Below are positions 49,691 to 60,578 of a stretch of 62,218 nt of DNA, one piece after another; within the stretch, counting starts at the first letter, position 1; each line of letters opens with the position of its first letter. The notes under the pieces are model-generated. The model searched no databases. It was not told the DNA's origin and saw nothing but the letters and a program-made list of their open reading frames with translations. Origin of the DNA: Candidatus Kerfeldbacteria bacterium (GTDB lineage Bacteria; Patescibacteriota; Patescibacteriia; UBA9570); the NCBI GenBank assembly GCA_016182495.1, contig JACPGK010000020.1, forward strand, positions 1-62,218, read 5' to 3'. The position numbers and the translations under genes are program-made.

Positions 49691-50318
49691 ACTCAAAGTT
49701 TACGATACTAGTGGGCAAGTGATGCAAGAACAAGAGGTTAGTGCCGCAGTGTTTGCTGTACCAATGAAAACTACCGTTGTGCATCAAGTAGTTGTAGCCC
49801 AACAAGCCAATAGTCGACCAGTGTTAGCGCACACCAAAACTCGAGCTGAAGTGCGTGGTGGTGGTAAAAAACCTTGGAAACAAAAACACACCGGCCGAGC
49901 TCGAGTTGGTTCAAGTCGCTCACCGATTTGGCGTGGTGGTGGCGTAACCTTTGGCCCACGTAATGATCGTAACTTTTCCTTGCGGGTGAATAAAAAAATG
50001 AAAATGGTAGCTCTGCGTATGGTGTTATCTGATAAAGTGGCTCATGATCATTTTATTATACTTGAAAATTTTAATAGTAGTGATGGCAAAACCAAAACCT
50101 TACGTGATCAATTAGCTAAATTACCCAGCAAAGCCGGCAGTACAATTTTAAGCATGGCTAAAAAAGAACCCAAGGTAGTACGAGCAGCCCAAAATTTACC
50201 GCGGGTGGGGGTGATTGCCGCTGATAGTTTAAATGTGGTTGACTTACTTAAGTACGATTATGTCATTGTTGATCGCGCTGCCATCGCCGTGATTGAACAC
50301 ACCTATGGGAATTCTTGA
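49683..50318 (+). CDS. rplD: 50S ribosomal protein L4
   Basis: TKTRAEVRGGGKKPWKQK, RGGGVTFGP. Confidence 0.98.
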   Translation: MPKLKVYDTSGQVMQEQEVSAAVFAVPMKTTVVHQVVVAQQANSRPVLAHTKTRAEVRGGGKKPWKQKHTGRARVGSSRSPIWRGGGVTFGPRNDRNFSLRVNKKMKMVALRMVLSDKVAHDHFIILENFNSSDGKTKTLRDQLAKLPSKAGSTILSMAKKEPKVVRAAQNLPRVGVIAADSLNVVDLLKYDYVIVDRAAIAVIEHTYGNS

Positions 50319-50688
50319 TCGTTTTAAAAAAACCAATCCTGTTTCTGTTCCGGTATCAACGCCAGTCGTTACACCAGCCACTCAAACGGTGGTGACCAAG
50401 CCTATGACAGCGATGTATTCAACCAAAACAGTATTACTAGGGCCAGTGATCACTGAAAAGGCCACTCAAACCGGAGTGTACTATTTTAAAGTGGCCGGTT
50501 CAGCGACACGTAACGAGGTGAAAAAAGCCATTAAACAATTATATGGAAAAACACCTCGTCGGGTAAACATCATGAATGTGACCGGTAAAGTAGTACGTTT
50601 TGGTCGATCAGTTGGGCGGCGAGCCAATTGGAAAAAGGCCATTGTATATTTGGCCAAAGGCGATACTATTGATGTGATTGCTAAATAA
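50305..50688 (+). CDS. rplW: 50S ribosomal protein L23 with N-terminal extension
   Basis: PVITEKA, WKKAIV. Confidence 0.95.
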   Translation: MGILDRFKKTNPVSVPVSTPVVTPATQTVVTKPMTAMYSTKTVLLGPVITEKATQTGVYYFKVAGSATRNEVKKAIKQLYGKTPRRVNIMNVTGKVVRFGRSVGRRANWKKAIVYLAKGDTIDVIAK

Positions 50689-50693
50689 CATCT

Positions 50694-51530
50694 ATGGGTA
50701 TAAAGATCTACAAACCAACTTCAGCTGGTCGGCGCAAATCAAGCGTTGATGATTTTGCTGACATTACTAAAACCACGCCAGAAAAATCTCTTACCGTAGC
50801 GTTACAAAAAAATAGTGGGCGCAATAACCAAGGTAAAATTACGGTGCGTCATCGTGGTGGGGGAGAGCGTCGCCGTTATCGGTTGGTTGATTTTTCGCGT
50901 GATCGGTTTGATCAAACTGCCAAAGTATTAGCCATCGAGTACGATCCTAACCGAAACGCTCGCATTGCTTTACTGCAGTATCAGGATGGTACCAAATCTT
51001 ATATTATTGCCCCCAATCAACTGCCGGTTGGCCAAACTGTAGTCTCTTCACAAAAAAAAGTAGATATCACCGTGGGCAATCGTATGCCAATTGGCTATGT
51101 GCCACCTGGCATGATGGTACATGCTGTTGAATTACAACCCGGGAAACGGGCCATGGTAGCCCGCTCGGCCGGTAACGGAGTAATGGTGATGGCCGCTGAA
51201 GGTGATTTTGTTCAAGCCAAATTACCATCTGGTGAAATTCGTATGTTTCATCGGTCATGTTTAGCCACTGTTGGTCAGGTTAGTAATCCAGATTTTTCCA
51301 AGATTCGTTGGGGTAAGGCTGGACGCATGCGTCATCGCGGTTTTCGACCATCAGTGCGCGGTAAAGCCATGAACCCAGTTGATCATCCTCATGGTGGTGG
51401 TGAAGGTAATCAACCAATTGGTTTGAAGCATCCTAAAACTCCACAAGGTAAGCCAGCTCTGGGTGTGCGTACACGTAAACCAACTCGATCATCCAATAAA
51501 TTCATTATTAAGCGGCGCAATGCTAAATAG
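50694..51530 (+). CDS. rplB: 50S ribosomal protein L2
   Basis: [21 protein letters not shown]. Confidence 0.99.
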   Translation: MGIKIYKPTSAGRRKSSVDDFADITKTTPEKSLTVALQKNSGRNNQGKITVRHRGGGERRRYRLVDFSRDRFDQTAKVLAIEYDPNRNARIALLQYQDGTKSYIIAPNQLPVGQTVVSSQKKVDITVGNRMPIGYVPPGMMVHAVELQPGKRAMVARSAGNGVMVMAAEGDFVQAKLPSGEIRMFHRSCLATVGQVSNPDFSKIRWGKAGRMRHRGFRPSVRGKAMNPVDHPHGGGEGNQPIGLKHPKTPQGKPALGVRTRKPTRSSNKFIIKRRNAK

Positions 51531-51535
51531 TTGTT

Positions 51536-51871
51536 ATGGGAAGAAGCTTAAAGAAAGGTCCGTATATTCATCCTAAACTGCTCAAAAAAATGGGGCAGAT
51601 GGTTGCTAGCGGCAAAAAACAACCAATCAAAACTTGGGCGCGAGCTTCTACCATTACGCCTGATATGGTGGGCTGGAAGTTCCAGGTGCATAATGGTCGT
51701 CAATTTATTGAAGTGTTAGTGAATGAAAATATGGTTGGGCATCGGTTAGGTGAATTCGCTCTGACGCGTAAATTTATTAAACATGGCGGTAAAATGCAGA
51801 AAGAACAGGAACGAGCCGCCGCCGAAGCTGCTAAACCACCCGCTGCCACAGCCCCGGCTGCTAAAAAATAA
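51536..51871 (+). CDS. rpsS: 30S ribosomal protein S19
   Basis: [16 protein letters not shown]. Confidence 0.98.
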   Translation: MGRSLKKGPYIHPKLLKKMGQMVASGKKQPIKTWARASTITPDMVGWKFQVHNGRQFIEVLVNENMVGHRLGEFALTRKFIKHGGKMQKEQERAAAEAAKPPAATAPAAKK

Positions 51872-51879
51872 TTTTTGTT

Positions 51880-52239
51880 ATGGAAGTAACCGCCCAATTA
51901 CGACAACTGCGCATTGCTCCCCGAAAAGTTCGGCTGGTGGCTAACGTGATTCGTGGCTTATCAGTGATTGATGCCGAAACACAATTATTGTATTTGGATA
52001 AACGCGCTGCTGCTCCTTTGTTAAAATTAATTCGATCAGCCGCGTCTAATGCAGAACATAATTTCAAAATGAAACGTGATGATTTAGTGGTTAAAAAAAT
52101 ACAAGTCAACAAAGCAGTCACGCTGAAACGCTGGAAACCACGGGCCATGGGCCGAGCCACGCCTATTGCCAAACAGTCTGCGCATGTGGTAGTAGTACTT
52201 GATACTAAAGTAAAACGATCCAATGGGAAAAAAGATTAA
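51880..52239 (+). CDS. rplV: 50S ribosomal protein L22
   Basis: APRKVRLV, PRAMGRA. Confidence 0.98.
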   Translation: MEVTAQLRQLRIAPRKVRLVANVIRGLSVIDAETQLLYLDKRAAAPLLKLIRSAASNAEHNFKMKRDDLVVKKIQVNKAVTLKRWKPRAMGRATPIAKQSAHVVVVLDTKVKRSNGKKD

Positions 52240-53014
52240 TCCAAAAGTATTACGGTTAAACATTGTCACGGAGCATACTTCGAAATGGTTTGCGTCCAAG
52301 CAACTTTTTCCAGTGTATCTGAAGCAAGATATTATGTTACGCAAAATGATCAAGGAACGGTTAAAAGATGCTGGCTTATCACGCGTGGAGATTCGTCGAT
52401 CTGGTAAAAAAATTGAAATTGTGATTGCTTCATCAAAACCCGGTGTCATTATTGGTCGCAATGGGGCGGGCATTGATGATTTAAAGAAAACACTGAAACG
52501 TCAATTTTTTGGATCCGAAAAAGTAGCAGTTGGCATTGAAATTGAAGAAGTACGTCGCCCTGAACTTGATGCCCAATTAGTACTACGCAATATCATTAAT
52601 CAATTGGAAAAACGAGTACCGTTTCGTCGGGCGATGAAGCGATCCATTGAGACGGTGATGGGTGCCGGAGCCAAGGGCATTAAAATTATTTGCGCCGGGC
52701 GATTAAACGGCGTAGAAATTGCCAGAACGGAAACCTTAGTTGAAGGCTCGGTGCCGACTCACACTTTACGAGCCGATATCGATTACGCTCGAGCAGCAGC
52801 TCATACCATTTACGGAAGCATTGGCGTAAAAGTGTGGATTTACCGTGGTCAAATATTTGCTGATTCTCCCAAACCGGTCGAACGCGCTGAACCACGCGAG
52901 CGCCGCAATCGTCAACCTCGTCAACCCCAAGTTGATCGTAGCGGGACTAAAAAACGCACCGTTGTTAAAGCTGGACAAGTAAAATCATTCTATGTTGACA
53001 CCCCGGAAAGTTAA
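52223..53014 (+). CDS. rpsC: 30S ribosomal protein S3
   Basis: KPGVIIGR, GRLNGVEIAR, GVKVWI. Confidence 0.98.
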   Translation: MGKKINPKVLRLNIVTEHTSKWFASKQLFPVYLKQDIMLRKMIKERLKDAGLSRVEIRRSGKKIEIVIASSKPGVIIGRNGAGIDDLKKTLKRQFFGSEKVAVGIEIEEVRRPELDAQLVLRNIINQLEKRVPFRRAMKRSIETVMGAGAKGIKIICAGRLNGVEIARTETLVEGSVPTHTLRADIDYARAAAHTIYGSIGVKVWIYRGQIFADSPKPVERAEPRERRNRQPRQPQVDRSGTKKRTVVKAGQVKSFYVDTPES

Positions 53015-53399
53015 ACATCGTAAATGGCATCGAGCGCACGTTCGTGGCACCGCCAGTCAACGGATTGATTTGAGTTTTGGTGACTACGGCTTAAAAGCTA
53101 CCACCGGTGCCTGGATTACGGCTCGCCAAATTGAAGCAGCTCGTCGAGCCATGACTCGGTTTGTGCAACGGGGCGGTAAAATCTGGATTCGTATTTTTCC
53201 ACATACCCCAGTTACTATTAAAGGCGGTGAAGTTCGGATGGGTGGCGGTAAAGGAGCAGTGGATCATTTTATTGCTGAAGTTAAACCTGGTACCGTGTTA
53301 TTTGAAATTGCTGGTATTAATAAAGATCAAGCTGAAGAAGCGATGCGTTTAGCGGCTCATAAATTACCGGTCCGTACTAGATTTTTAAGCAAAATATGA
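52992..53399 (+). CDS. rplP: 50S ribosomal protein L16
   Basis: [15 protein letters not shown]. Confidence 0.98.
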   Translation: MLTPRKVKHRKWHRAHVRGTASQRIDLSFGDYGLKATTGAWITARQIEAARRAMTRFVQRGGKIWIRIFPHTPVTIKGGEVRMGGGKGAVDHFIAEVKPGTVLFEIAGINKDQAEEAMRLAAHKLPVRTRFLSKI

Positions 53400-53605
53400 A
53401 ATTTACTGAACTGACCAATAAATCTGTAGCAGAGCTCAATCGACTATTGTCTGATACCAAGCTTGAATTGCAGCAATTGAATTTTAAAGTACGAGCTGGC
53501 CAACTGCAGCAAGTTCGAAAAATTCGCCAAGCTAAGCGGACAGTGGCTCGTATTTTAACGGCTCTTAATCAGTCTAATGTTCACAGCCATGATCGCAAAA
53601 ATTAA
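53396..53605 (+). CDS. rpmC: 50S ribosomal protein L29
   Basis: Operon position, IRQAKRTVARILT. Confidence 0.95.
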   Translation: MKFTELTNKSVAELNRLLSDTKLELQQLNFKVRAGQLQQVRKIRQAKRTVARILTALNQSNVHSHDRKN

Positions 53606-53837
53606 ACGACATTTTCAAGGCCAAGTGGTATCCGATGCCATGGATAAAACTATTGTTGTAAAAGTTTCTCGTGTGCGCACTCATCCAATGTACAAAAAAC
53701 GGTTTACTGTTACAAAAAAATTTAAAGTGCACGATGAAAAAAATCAATTTAAAGTGGGCGATACCGTTGAGTTTGTTGAATGTCGACCAATCAGCAAAGA
53801 TAAAAAATGGCGAGTGATCTATCCTCAAACCGTATAA
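53589..53837 (+). CDS. rpsQ: 30S ribosomal protein S17
   Basis: VVSDAMDKT, HPMYKK, ECRPISK. Confidence 0.97.
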   Translation: MIAKIKRHFQGQVVSDAMDKTIVVKVSRVRTHPMYKKRFTVTKKFKVHDEKNQFKVGDTVEFVECRPISKDKKWRVIYPQTV

Positions 53838-53843
53838 ACTATT

Positions 53844-54215
53844 ATGATTCAATTACGCACCATCATATCAGTAGCCGATAACAGTGGAGCTCGCATCGCC
53901 CAGTGCCTTCGTGTTCATGGTGGTTATAAAAAACGGTATGCCCGCATTGGCGATATTATGACCGTGGTGGTAAAACAAGCTCAACCACATACGCAAATGA
54001 AAAAAGGTATGGTGGCCCACGCCGTAGTTGTTCGCACTAAAAAAGAGCAGCGTCGTAAGGATGGTAGTTATATTCGATTTGACGATAATGCCTGTGTTAT
54101 TATTGATAAAAATAATAAAGAACCAAAAGGTACTCGTATTTTTGGTCCCATTCCCCGCGAAATAAAATTAAAAGGTTTTGCTAAAATTGCATCATTAGCC
54201 CCTGAAGTATTATAA
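53844..54215 (+). CDS. rplN: 50S ribosomal protein L14
   Basis: ADNSGA, FDDNA, GTRIFGP, SLAPEVL. Confidence 0.98.
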   Translation: MIQLRTIISVADNSGARIAQCLRVHGGYKKRYARIGDIMTVVVKQAQPHTQMKKGMVAHAVVVRTKKEQRRKDGSYIRFDDNACVIIDKNNKEPKGTRIFGPIPREIKLKGFAKIASLAPEVL

Positions 54216-54220
54216 TCTCT

Positions 54221-54529
54221 ATGAAGCTTAAAACAGGCGATCTGGTAAAAATTATGAAAGGCAAAGATTCTGGAAAAACCGGTAAACTGGTTCAAGTATT
54301 GCCCGTCGATCATAAAGTAGTGGTAGAAGGTTTGCATAAAATAATAAAACACTTAAAACCTCGTAAGCAAGGCGAAAAAGGTCAACGCTTTGAATTTTCT
54401 GCTCCCATGGCAGCTGCCAATGTTCAAATTGTTTGTCCGAAATGTAATACAATCACCCGCGTTGGTATGCAAATTTTAGCGGATGGTAAAAAACAACGCA
54501 TTTGTCGTAAATGTAATAATGCTCTATGA
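54221..54529 (+). CDS. rplX: 50S ribosomal protein L24
   Basis: KOW motif GKDSGKTG. Confidence 0.97.
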   Translation: MKLKTGDLVKIMKGKDSGKTGKLVQVLPVDHKVVVEGLHKIIKHLKPRKQGEKGQRFEFSAPMAAANVQIVCPKCNTITRVGMQILADGKKQRICRKCNNAL

Positions 54530-55071
54530 ACCGATTATTTGAACGATACAAAACTAACATCGCTCCAACTATCCAAAAAGAATTTGGTATTGGTAACGTG
54601 TATGCTGTCCCTCGCTTGAAAAAAATTACCGTTAATGTTGGCGTGGGTAAAATAGCCGCCGATCAAAAAATGCTCGATGCTGTAGTTAGTACCATACAAC
54701 GTATTACTGGACAAAAACCGGTGTTGATTAAATCTACTAAATCGATCTCTAACTTTAAATTGCGTAAAGGCATGATTGTTGGAGTAATGGCCACCTTGCG
54801 CGGTCGGCGAATGTATGATTTCCTTGATAAGCTCATTAACGTGGCTTTGCCTCGGGTGCGCGACTTTCAGGGCATTAATCCCCAATCAGTTGATGGGCAC
54901 GGTACCATTACCATTGGTTTTAAAGAGCACATTGTGTTTCCCGAAATTCGGTCAGATGAAATTGAAGCCATTCATGGATTAGAAGTTTGCATTACAACCA
55001 CTGCGACCAATTCGGCTCAAGGACATCGTTTGTTAGAGTTATTAGGCATGCCTTTTAAGAAAAAACAGTAA
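54526..55071 (+). CDS. rplE: 50S ribosomal protein L5
   Basis: [18 protein letters not shown]. Confidence 0.98.
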   Translation: MNRLFERYKTNIAPTIQKEFGIGNVYAVPRLKKITVNVGVGKIAADQKMLDAVVSTIQRITGQKPVLIKSTKSISNFKLRKGMIVGVMATLRGRRMYDFLDKLINVALPRVRDFQGINPQSVDGHGTITIGFKEHIVFPEIRSDEIEAIHGLEVCITTTATNSAQGHRLLELLGMPFKKKQ

Positions 55072-55078
55072 ATCACTT

Positions 55079-55264
55079 ATGGCAAAAATTTCTCAAGTTA
55101 TCCGCGCTCGGCGCAAACCAAAATTTTCCTCGCGTAAAGTTAATCGCTGTTGGCGCTGTGGTCGAATTCGCGGATATATCAGAGATTTTGCCCTATGTCG
55201 TATTTGTTTTAGAGAATTAGCTGAACAAGGCGCTATCCCCGGAGTGCGCCGCGCCAGCTGGTAA
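55079..55264 (+). CDS. rpsN: 30S ribosomal protein S14, short Zn-binding type
   Basis: 61 aa, CxxC...CxxC, PGVRRASW. Confidence 0.97.
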   Translation: MAKISQVIRARRKPKFSSRKVNRCWRCGRIRGYIRDFALCRICFRELAEQGAIPGVRRASW

Positions 55265-55284
55265 CTATCAATCATTATTTTTCT

Positions 55285-55677
55285 ATGACCGACCCAATTG
55301 CTGACATGCTTACTCGAATCCGAAACGCTCAAGCTGTTCGAAAAACAGTAGTGCTATTGCCGTCTTCAAAATTAAAGCGCCATTTAGCCTTGATTTTGAA
55401 ACAAGAAGGTTATTTATCCGACGTGGTTAATGAAACAGTGGCCGGTAAGCCAACCTTAACCCTAACCTTGAAATACGCGGCTGATGGCAGTTGTGTGATT
55501 CGATCGTTAAAACGAATTAGCAAACCCGGCCGCCGCATCTATTCCCAGAAAAAAATGTTACCACACGTGTTGAATAACATGGGTATTGCCATTATTTCTA
55601 CCTCACAAGGGTTGATGACTAACCGAGAAGCCCGTCAAAAGAATATCGGTGGCGAAATAATTTGTGAAGTGTACTAA
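55285..55677 (+). CDS. rpsH: 30S ribosomal protein S8
   Basis: DPIADMLTRIRNA, SKPGRRIY. Confidence 0.98.
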   Translation: MTDPIADMLTRIRNAQAVRKTVVLLPSSKLKRHLALILKQEGYLSDVVNETVAGKPTLTLTLKYAADGSCVIRSLKRISKPGRRIYSQKKMLPHVLNNMGIAIISTSQGLMTNREARQKNIGGEIICEVY

Positions 55678-55682
55678 CCACT

Positions 55683-56231
55683 ATGTCACGTAAAGCGAAT
55701 AAACCAATTGTCTTGCCCGCTGGAGTAACTGCCACTGTTACTGGCCAGATGATTACTGTGCAAGGACCAAAAGGCGAGCTGCAGCTCAACGTCCATCCAT
55801 TAGTAAACGTCGTCATGACGGATGCTGGTGTGGTATTAACTGTACGTCAGCCAGACGATACTACAGAACGATCCCTATGGGGCACCATGGGAGCGCTGGT
55901 CCGGAATATGCTCATCGGTGTCAGTGTTGGTTATACTGTCCAGCTAGAAATCAACGGGGTCGGCTATGGTTTTGAAGTATCTGGCAAGAAATTGACTATT
56001 CGAGCTGGTTTTTCTCACCCGGTAATCATGACCTTGCCAGAAGGGGTGACCGTAAAACAGGAAAAAAATGTTTTAACATTATCATCGCACGATAAACAAC
56101 TAGTCGGCCAGCTGGCAGCTGAAATTCGGAAAGTGCGTAAACCCGAGCCATACAAAGGCAAAGGTATTAAATATATCGATGAAGTGATTATCCGGAAGCA
56201 AGGTAAACAAGCTGCCGGAGCTACCAGCTAA
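55683..56231 (+). CDS. rplF: 50S ribosomal protein L6
   Basis: [15 protein letters not shown]. Confidence 0.98.
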   Translation: MSRKANKPIVLPAGVTATVTGQMITVQGPKGELQLNVHPLVNVVMTDAGVVLTVRQPDDTTERSLWGTMGALVRNMLIGVSVGYTVQLEINGVGYGFEVSGKKLTIRAGFSHPVIMTLPEGVTVKQEKNVLTLSSHDKQLVGQLAAEIRKVRKPEPYKGKGIKYIDEVIIRKQGKQAAGATS

Positions 56232-56247
56232 CCAACTACTTAACTGT

Positions 56248-56601
56248 ATGGATCGCATTATCAAAAAACGAGCAAACTATCAACGCCGAAAACAACGGGT
56301 ACGTGCCCGGGTGACTGGCACAGCCAGTCGACCACGCTTAGCCGTATACCGCAGTGTTAAACGGATTTACTGTCAATTAATTGATGATGTGGCTGGTGTA
56401 ACAGTGGCGGCGACATCTGATGTGGCTCTAAAAGCCACTGGCACAAAAAGTCAGCGCGCTAAAGCAGTTGGTAAAAAAATTGCCGAATTGGCTCAAGCCA
56501 AAGGAGTAAAACAGATTGTATTTGATCGGGCTGGACGGTTATATCATGGTCGAGTTAAAGCCATCGCCGATGGAGCTCGTGAAGCTGGTTTAGAATTTTA
56601 A
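56248..56601 (+). CDS. rplR: 50S ribosomal protein L18
   Basis: [12 protein letters not shown]...YHGRV. Confidence 0.98.
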   Translation: MDRIIKKRANYQRRKQRVRARVTGTASRPRLAVYRSVKRIYCQLIDDVAGVTVAATSDVALKATGTKSQRAKAVGKKIAELAQAKGVKQIVFDRAGRLYHGRVKAIADGAREAGLEF

Positions 56602-56610
56602 TATTGTTAT

Positions 56611-57090
56611 ATGAGAAAAGCACGCAAATCAAACGCCAAAGATCTCGCCAAGGATGATTTTGAACAACGTATTGTTGATTTAGCTCGGGTGACCCGCGTT
56701 ATGGCTGGTGGTAAACGGATGCGCTTTCGGGCTTGTGTGGTAGTAGGCGATCGTCGCGGCCGAGTAGGTATTGCTATTGCCAAAGGCAAAGATGTTACGG
56801 TAGCGGTGAATAAAGCTGCCAGTAAAGCCCGCCGTCACTTAATTACTGTTCCAATCGTTAACGGCACCATCCCGCACCCTGTCCAAAATAAATATTCTAG
56901 CGCTGTTATTTTGTTAAAACCAGCCCCGTTAGGACGTGGTGTCATTGCTGGTGGAGCTGCTCGAGCAGTGCTAGAATTATCTGGCGTTCCAAACATTGTC
57001 AGTAAAATGTTAGGCTCTCGTAATAAAATTAATAATGTGTATGCTGTGATGTATGCTTTAGAATCTTTGCGTACACACCGTAGCCAATAA
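56611..57090 (+). CDS. rpsE: 30S ribosomal protein S5
   Basis: RVTRVMAGG, GVIAGG. Confidence 0.98.
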   Translation: MRKARKSNAKDLAKDDFEQRIVDLARVTRVMAGGKRMRFRACVVVGDRRGRVGIAIAKGKDVTVAVNKAASKARRHLITVPIVNGTIPHPVQNKYSSAVILLKPAPLGRGVIAGGAARAVLELSGVPNIVSKMLGSRNKINNVYAVMYALESLRTHRSQ

Positions 57091-57105
57091 TCCAGAAGTA
57101 TCTGT

Positions 57106-57510
57106 ATGTTGAAACTGAATTCTCTTCCAACCCAATCAGGTAAACATAAACGCCGCCTTGGCCGTGGTAATGGCTCTGGTCGCGGTAGTTATGCCGGCCG
57201 TGGTATTAAAGGGCAAAAAGCCCGCACGGGCAGTCGTAAGGGTTTACAATTGAAAGGGTTAAAAGCCACTTTTAAAAGTATTCCAAAGTCCAAAGGCTTT
57301 ACTAGTATTACCAAAAAAATACCCGCGTTGAATGTTGGTGAATTACAGGAACGATTTACTACAACAGCGGTAGTGCATGCGGAAAACTATAAAATTCTTG
57401 GTCAAGGTGATTTGAAAAAAGCTTATACTGTCTTTGCCAAAGGTTTTTCCGTATTGGCCAAACAAAAAATCGAACAAGCCGGAGGAAAAGTAGTGCCATG
57501 TGGCAAATAA
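57106..57510 (+). CDS. rplO: 50S ribosomal protein L15
   Basis: GRGNGSGRG, KGQKAR, KIEQAGG. Confidence 0.96.
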   Translation: MLKLNSLPTQSGKHKRRLGRGNGSGRGSYAGRGIKGQKARTGSRKGLQLKGLKATFKSIPKSKGFTSITKKIPALNVGELQERFTTTAVVHAENYKILGQGDLKKAYTVFAKGFSVLAKQKIEQAGGKVVPCGK

Positions 57511-58775
57511 TCGTTAAAGTTTGGAAGCAGCGCGATTTACGCAATAAAGTGTTGTATGTGTTAGGTTTGCTAACAATTTTTCGATTCGCTGCTCATATTC
57601 CCATTCCCGGAGTCGATATTACTGGACTGCGCGCCTTTTTTAACAGTAATGCTTACCTGGGAATTTTGAATGTTTTTTCTGGTGGCGCCCTAGAAAATTT
57701 TTCCATCGTTATGTTGGGGGTGGGGCCATATATTACGGCTTCTATTATTTTTCAGTTGCTCACCATGATTGTGCCAAAACTGGAAGAAATGCAAAAAGAA
57801 ACTGATGGACATCGTAAAATTCAGCAATGGACTCGATATTTAACCGTACCACTAGCCGCTATTCAGGGGTATGCCACTATCACCTTACTGCAGCGCACCG
57901 GCCAAGGCGTGCTGGGTGAAATTGGTCCTTGGCAGCTGATTACGGCCATTGCTTTAATTACCGGTGGAAGTGTGTTTATGATGTGGCTAGGTGAGTTAAT
58001 CACCGAGAAAAATATCGGTAATGGTATTTCAATTGTTATTTTTGCAGGGATCGTAGCCCGTATTCCAACATCATTGCAACAGGTGTTTGCTACCTATGAA
58101 TCAAGCCAGTTATTTACTGTACTAGTATATGTAGTCTTAACGCTGTTGGTGATTTTTGCAGTGGTGTATATTACCGAAGGCCAACGTAATATTCCAATCG
58201 CTACGGCTCGTCCAGCAGCCGGCGGCCGGGGTGGGAATATTCCAGCCACTCATTTACCAATTCGGATTAATCAAGCCGGCGTAATTCCCATTATTTTTGC
58301 TATCTCACTAGTTTTGTTCCCCCCAATTATCGGACAATACCTTACTACTACTCGGTATTTATGGTTAGTGGATGTTGGTCAATTTATTCAAAATGCTTTT
58401 AACAATCAACTGATTTACGGTCTCATTTATTTTGTACTAGTATTTGCCTTTAGTTATTTTTACACTTCAGTAGTATTCAAGCCCGATCAAATTGCCGAAA
58501 ATTTACAAAAACGTGGAGCTTTTATTCCCGGTATTCGGCCGGGCAAACCAACATCAGAATATTTGCAGTATGTTTCAAATCATTTATTACTGACCGGCGC
58601 TGTCTTTTTGGGACTGATTGCAGTATTGCCTGTCATCTTACAAGCCTTTGCCAGCGGTACCAGTACAGCCTTAATTGTTGGCGGAACATCTTTATTGATT
58701 GTGGTATCGGTAGCGCTTGAAACAGTTCAACAAGTTCAAGCCCAGTTACAAGTGCGCGATTACGAACAATTTTAA
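57498..58775 (+). CDS. secY: Preprotein translocase SecY
   Basis: GVGPYITASII, GNGIS, IPGIRPG, GGTSLLIVV. Confidence 0.99.
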   Translation: MWQIIVKVWKQRDLRNKVLYVLGLLTIFRFAAHIPIPGVDITGLRAFFNSNAYLGILNVFSGGALENFSIVMLGVGPYITASIIFQLLTMIVPKLEEMQKETDGHRKIQQWTRYLTVPLAAIQGYATITLLQRTGQGVLGEIGPWQLITAIALITGGSVFMMWLGELITEKNIGNGISIVIFAGIVARIPTSLQQVFATYESSQLFTVLVYVVLTLLVIFAVVYITEGQRNIPIATARPAAGGRGGNIPATHLPIRINQAGVIPIIFAISLVLFPPIIGQYLTTTRYLWLVDVGQFIQNAFNNQLIYGLIYFVLVFAFSYFYTSVVFKPDQIAENLQKRGAFIPGIRPGKPTSEYLQYVSNHLLLTGAVFLGLIAVLPVILQAFASGTSTALIVGGTSLLIVVSVALETVQQVQAQLQVRDYEQF

Positions 58776-58779
58776 AACC

Positions 58780-59415
58780 ATGCGTGGCATTTTATTATTT
58801 GGTCCGCAAGGCTCTGGTAAAGGCACTCAAGGGGAAAAATTGAGTGCTTGGTTACAATTACCGTTGGTAGTGACTGGTAATATTTTCCGATCAAATATTA
58901 AATCAGGCACTGCTCTGGGTCAGCTGGCTCAAGGCTATATTCAGCGTGGTGAATTAGTGCCAGATGAAGTGACCAATCAAATGATCCAGCAGCGTTTAGC
59001 CGAACCAGATTGTGTCAACGGTTTTGTGCTTGATGGCTTTCCGCGCAGTGTTGCCCAGGCTGAAGCTTTACATAACTTTACCACCGTAACGCATTTACTG
59101 CATATCAGCATTAGCGATGCCGAAGCGGTGCGGAGAATTGCTGAACGTCGCACTTGTGTAGCTAATGGGCATGTCTATCATGTATTGTATAATCCTCCTA
59201 AGCAGGCTGGAGTGTGCGATAGCGATGGTTCGCCGCTGCAACAACGCGAGGATGATACTGAAACTGCTCTACGTCGTCGTCTGGATATTTATCATCGGGC
59301 CACTGAACCATTGCTGAACTATTATCGTCAGCGTCAGCTGGTGTTTGATATCAATGGTGAACAACTCATTGCCAAAGTGTGGACTGATATCCAAGCTATT
59401 TTTCAAACAGTATGA
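58780..59415 (+). CDS. adk: Adenylate kinase
   Basis: GPQGSGKGTQ, LDGFPR; start moved to ATG 58780. Confidence 0.97.
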   Translation: MRGILLFGPQGSGKGTQGEKLSAWLQLPLVVTGNIFRSNIKSGTALGQLAQGYIQRGELVPDEVTNQMIQQRLAEPDCVNGFVLDGFPRSVAQAEALHNFTTVTHLLHISISDAEAVRRIAERRTCVANGHVYHVLYNPPKQAGVCDSDGSPLQQREDDTETALRRRLDIYHRATEPLLNYYRQRQLVFDINGEQLIAKVWTDIQAIFQTV

Positions 59416-60161
59416 TCACGCGATTATCCGCGGATGAACAAGTGGCTTTGCGCGCCAGCGGTGCAATTTTAGGCCGAGTGATGAACGAATTAGTCGCCCT
59501 GGTACGGCCTGGTATACGCTTGCTCGATTTAGAAATAGCCGCCGACCGGTTGATTACTGAAGCTGGCGCCGTGTCAGCTTTTAAGGGGTACAAAGGCTAT
59601 GTTAATGTATTATGCACATCGGTGAATGAAGAAGTGGTGCATTGTCCACCATCGGCCAGATTGTTGCAAGACGGCGATATTATTAGTATTGATAACGGAG
59701 TGGTTTATCAGGGGATGTATTCCGATTGCGCGGTAACTGTACCAGTTGGCACGATTTCAACAGCAGCACAACGATTGTTGCAAGTGACGCGTGATGCTTT
59801 GTATGTTGAGGCCATCAAAATGCTCAAGCCCGGTAATACCATTGGTGATATTGGTCAAGCTGTGCAAAGGTTTGTTGAACGAGCGGGCTTATCTGTGGTA
59901 CGATCGCTGGTGGGTCATGGTATTGGCCATCACTTGCATGAAGAACCATCTATTCCTAACTACGGCACAGCTGGGCGAGGCGCTAAATTAGTGCCTGGCA
60001 TGGCTATTGCCATTGAACCAATGGTGAATATTGGTGGCGCCGAAGTAGAATTTATGGACGATGGTTGGCGAGTAGTAACAGCCGATGGTTCATTGAGTGC
60101 GCATTTTGAACATACCTTTTTAATTACCAACGATGGCTACGAACTCATCACCAAGCTCTAG
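59412..60161 (+). CDS. map: Methionine aminopeptidase type I
   Basis: SVNEEVVH, GHGIG..LHEEP, IEPM, SAHFEHT. Confidence 0.98.
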   Translation: MITRLSADEQVALRASGAILGRVMNELVALVRPGIRLLDLEIAADRLITEAGAVSAFKGYKGYVNVLCTSVNEEVVHCPPSARLLQDGDIISIDNGVVYQGMYSDCAVTVPVGTISTAAQRLLQVTRDALYVEAIKMLKPGNTIGDIGQAVQRFVERAGLSVVRSLVGHGIGHHLHEEPSIPNYGTAGRGAKLVPGMAIAIEPMVNIGGAEVEFMDDGWRVVTADGSLSAHFEHTFLITNDGYELITKL

Positions 60162-60570
60162 CACTCCCCTAAAACTGTTATGCTTAGATTACGGTCAAGC
60201 TCGAGTAGGCTTAGCCATTGGTGACACCAGCACCAATATTGCCTTAGGCAAAGGCGTGCTTGAAGGCCTCACCCAAAATCGTTTAATTGCCAAAATTAAA
60301 GCGATTGTTAATTTAGAACATATTGATCGAGTTATTATTGGATTACCGTTAAACATGGCTGGCGCAGCTACTGCCATGACAGATGAAGTGCAACGCTTTG
60401 TTGAAAAATTACGTAATCATTTAACTATTCCAGTGCAAACGCTTGATGAACGCCTTACTTCGCAAATGGCAGATCGTTTAATTGTTGATCTGCCTAAGGA
60501 TCAGCGCAAGCAAGATCAAGTAGCTGCTCAAATTATTTTGCAAAATTATCTTGATCAATTAGCTCACTAG
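60133..60570 (+). CDS. ruvX: YqgF/RuvX pre-16S rRNA nuclease
   Basis: LDYG..RVGLA, IGLP, DERLTS, D..AA.IILQ. Confidence 0.95.
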   Translation: MATNSSPSSSTPLKLLCLDYGQARVGLAIGDTSTNIALGKGVLEGLTQNRLIAKIKAIVNLEHIDRVIIGLPLNMAGAATAMTDEVQRFVEKLRNHLTIPVQTLDERLTSQMADRLIVDLPKDQRKQDQVAAQIILQNYLDQLAH

Positions 60571-60578
60571 CTTGGCCT

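Noticed and set aside
13113-58779. Long N-terminal extensions in the ORF track (trpE, trpC, aroA, leuD, ilvE, rpsL, rplC, adk, 25930 ORF)
   Set aside because: Artefacts of choosing the most upstream start; they overlap neighbouring genes or promoters, and downstream ATGs match family N-termini
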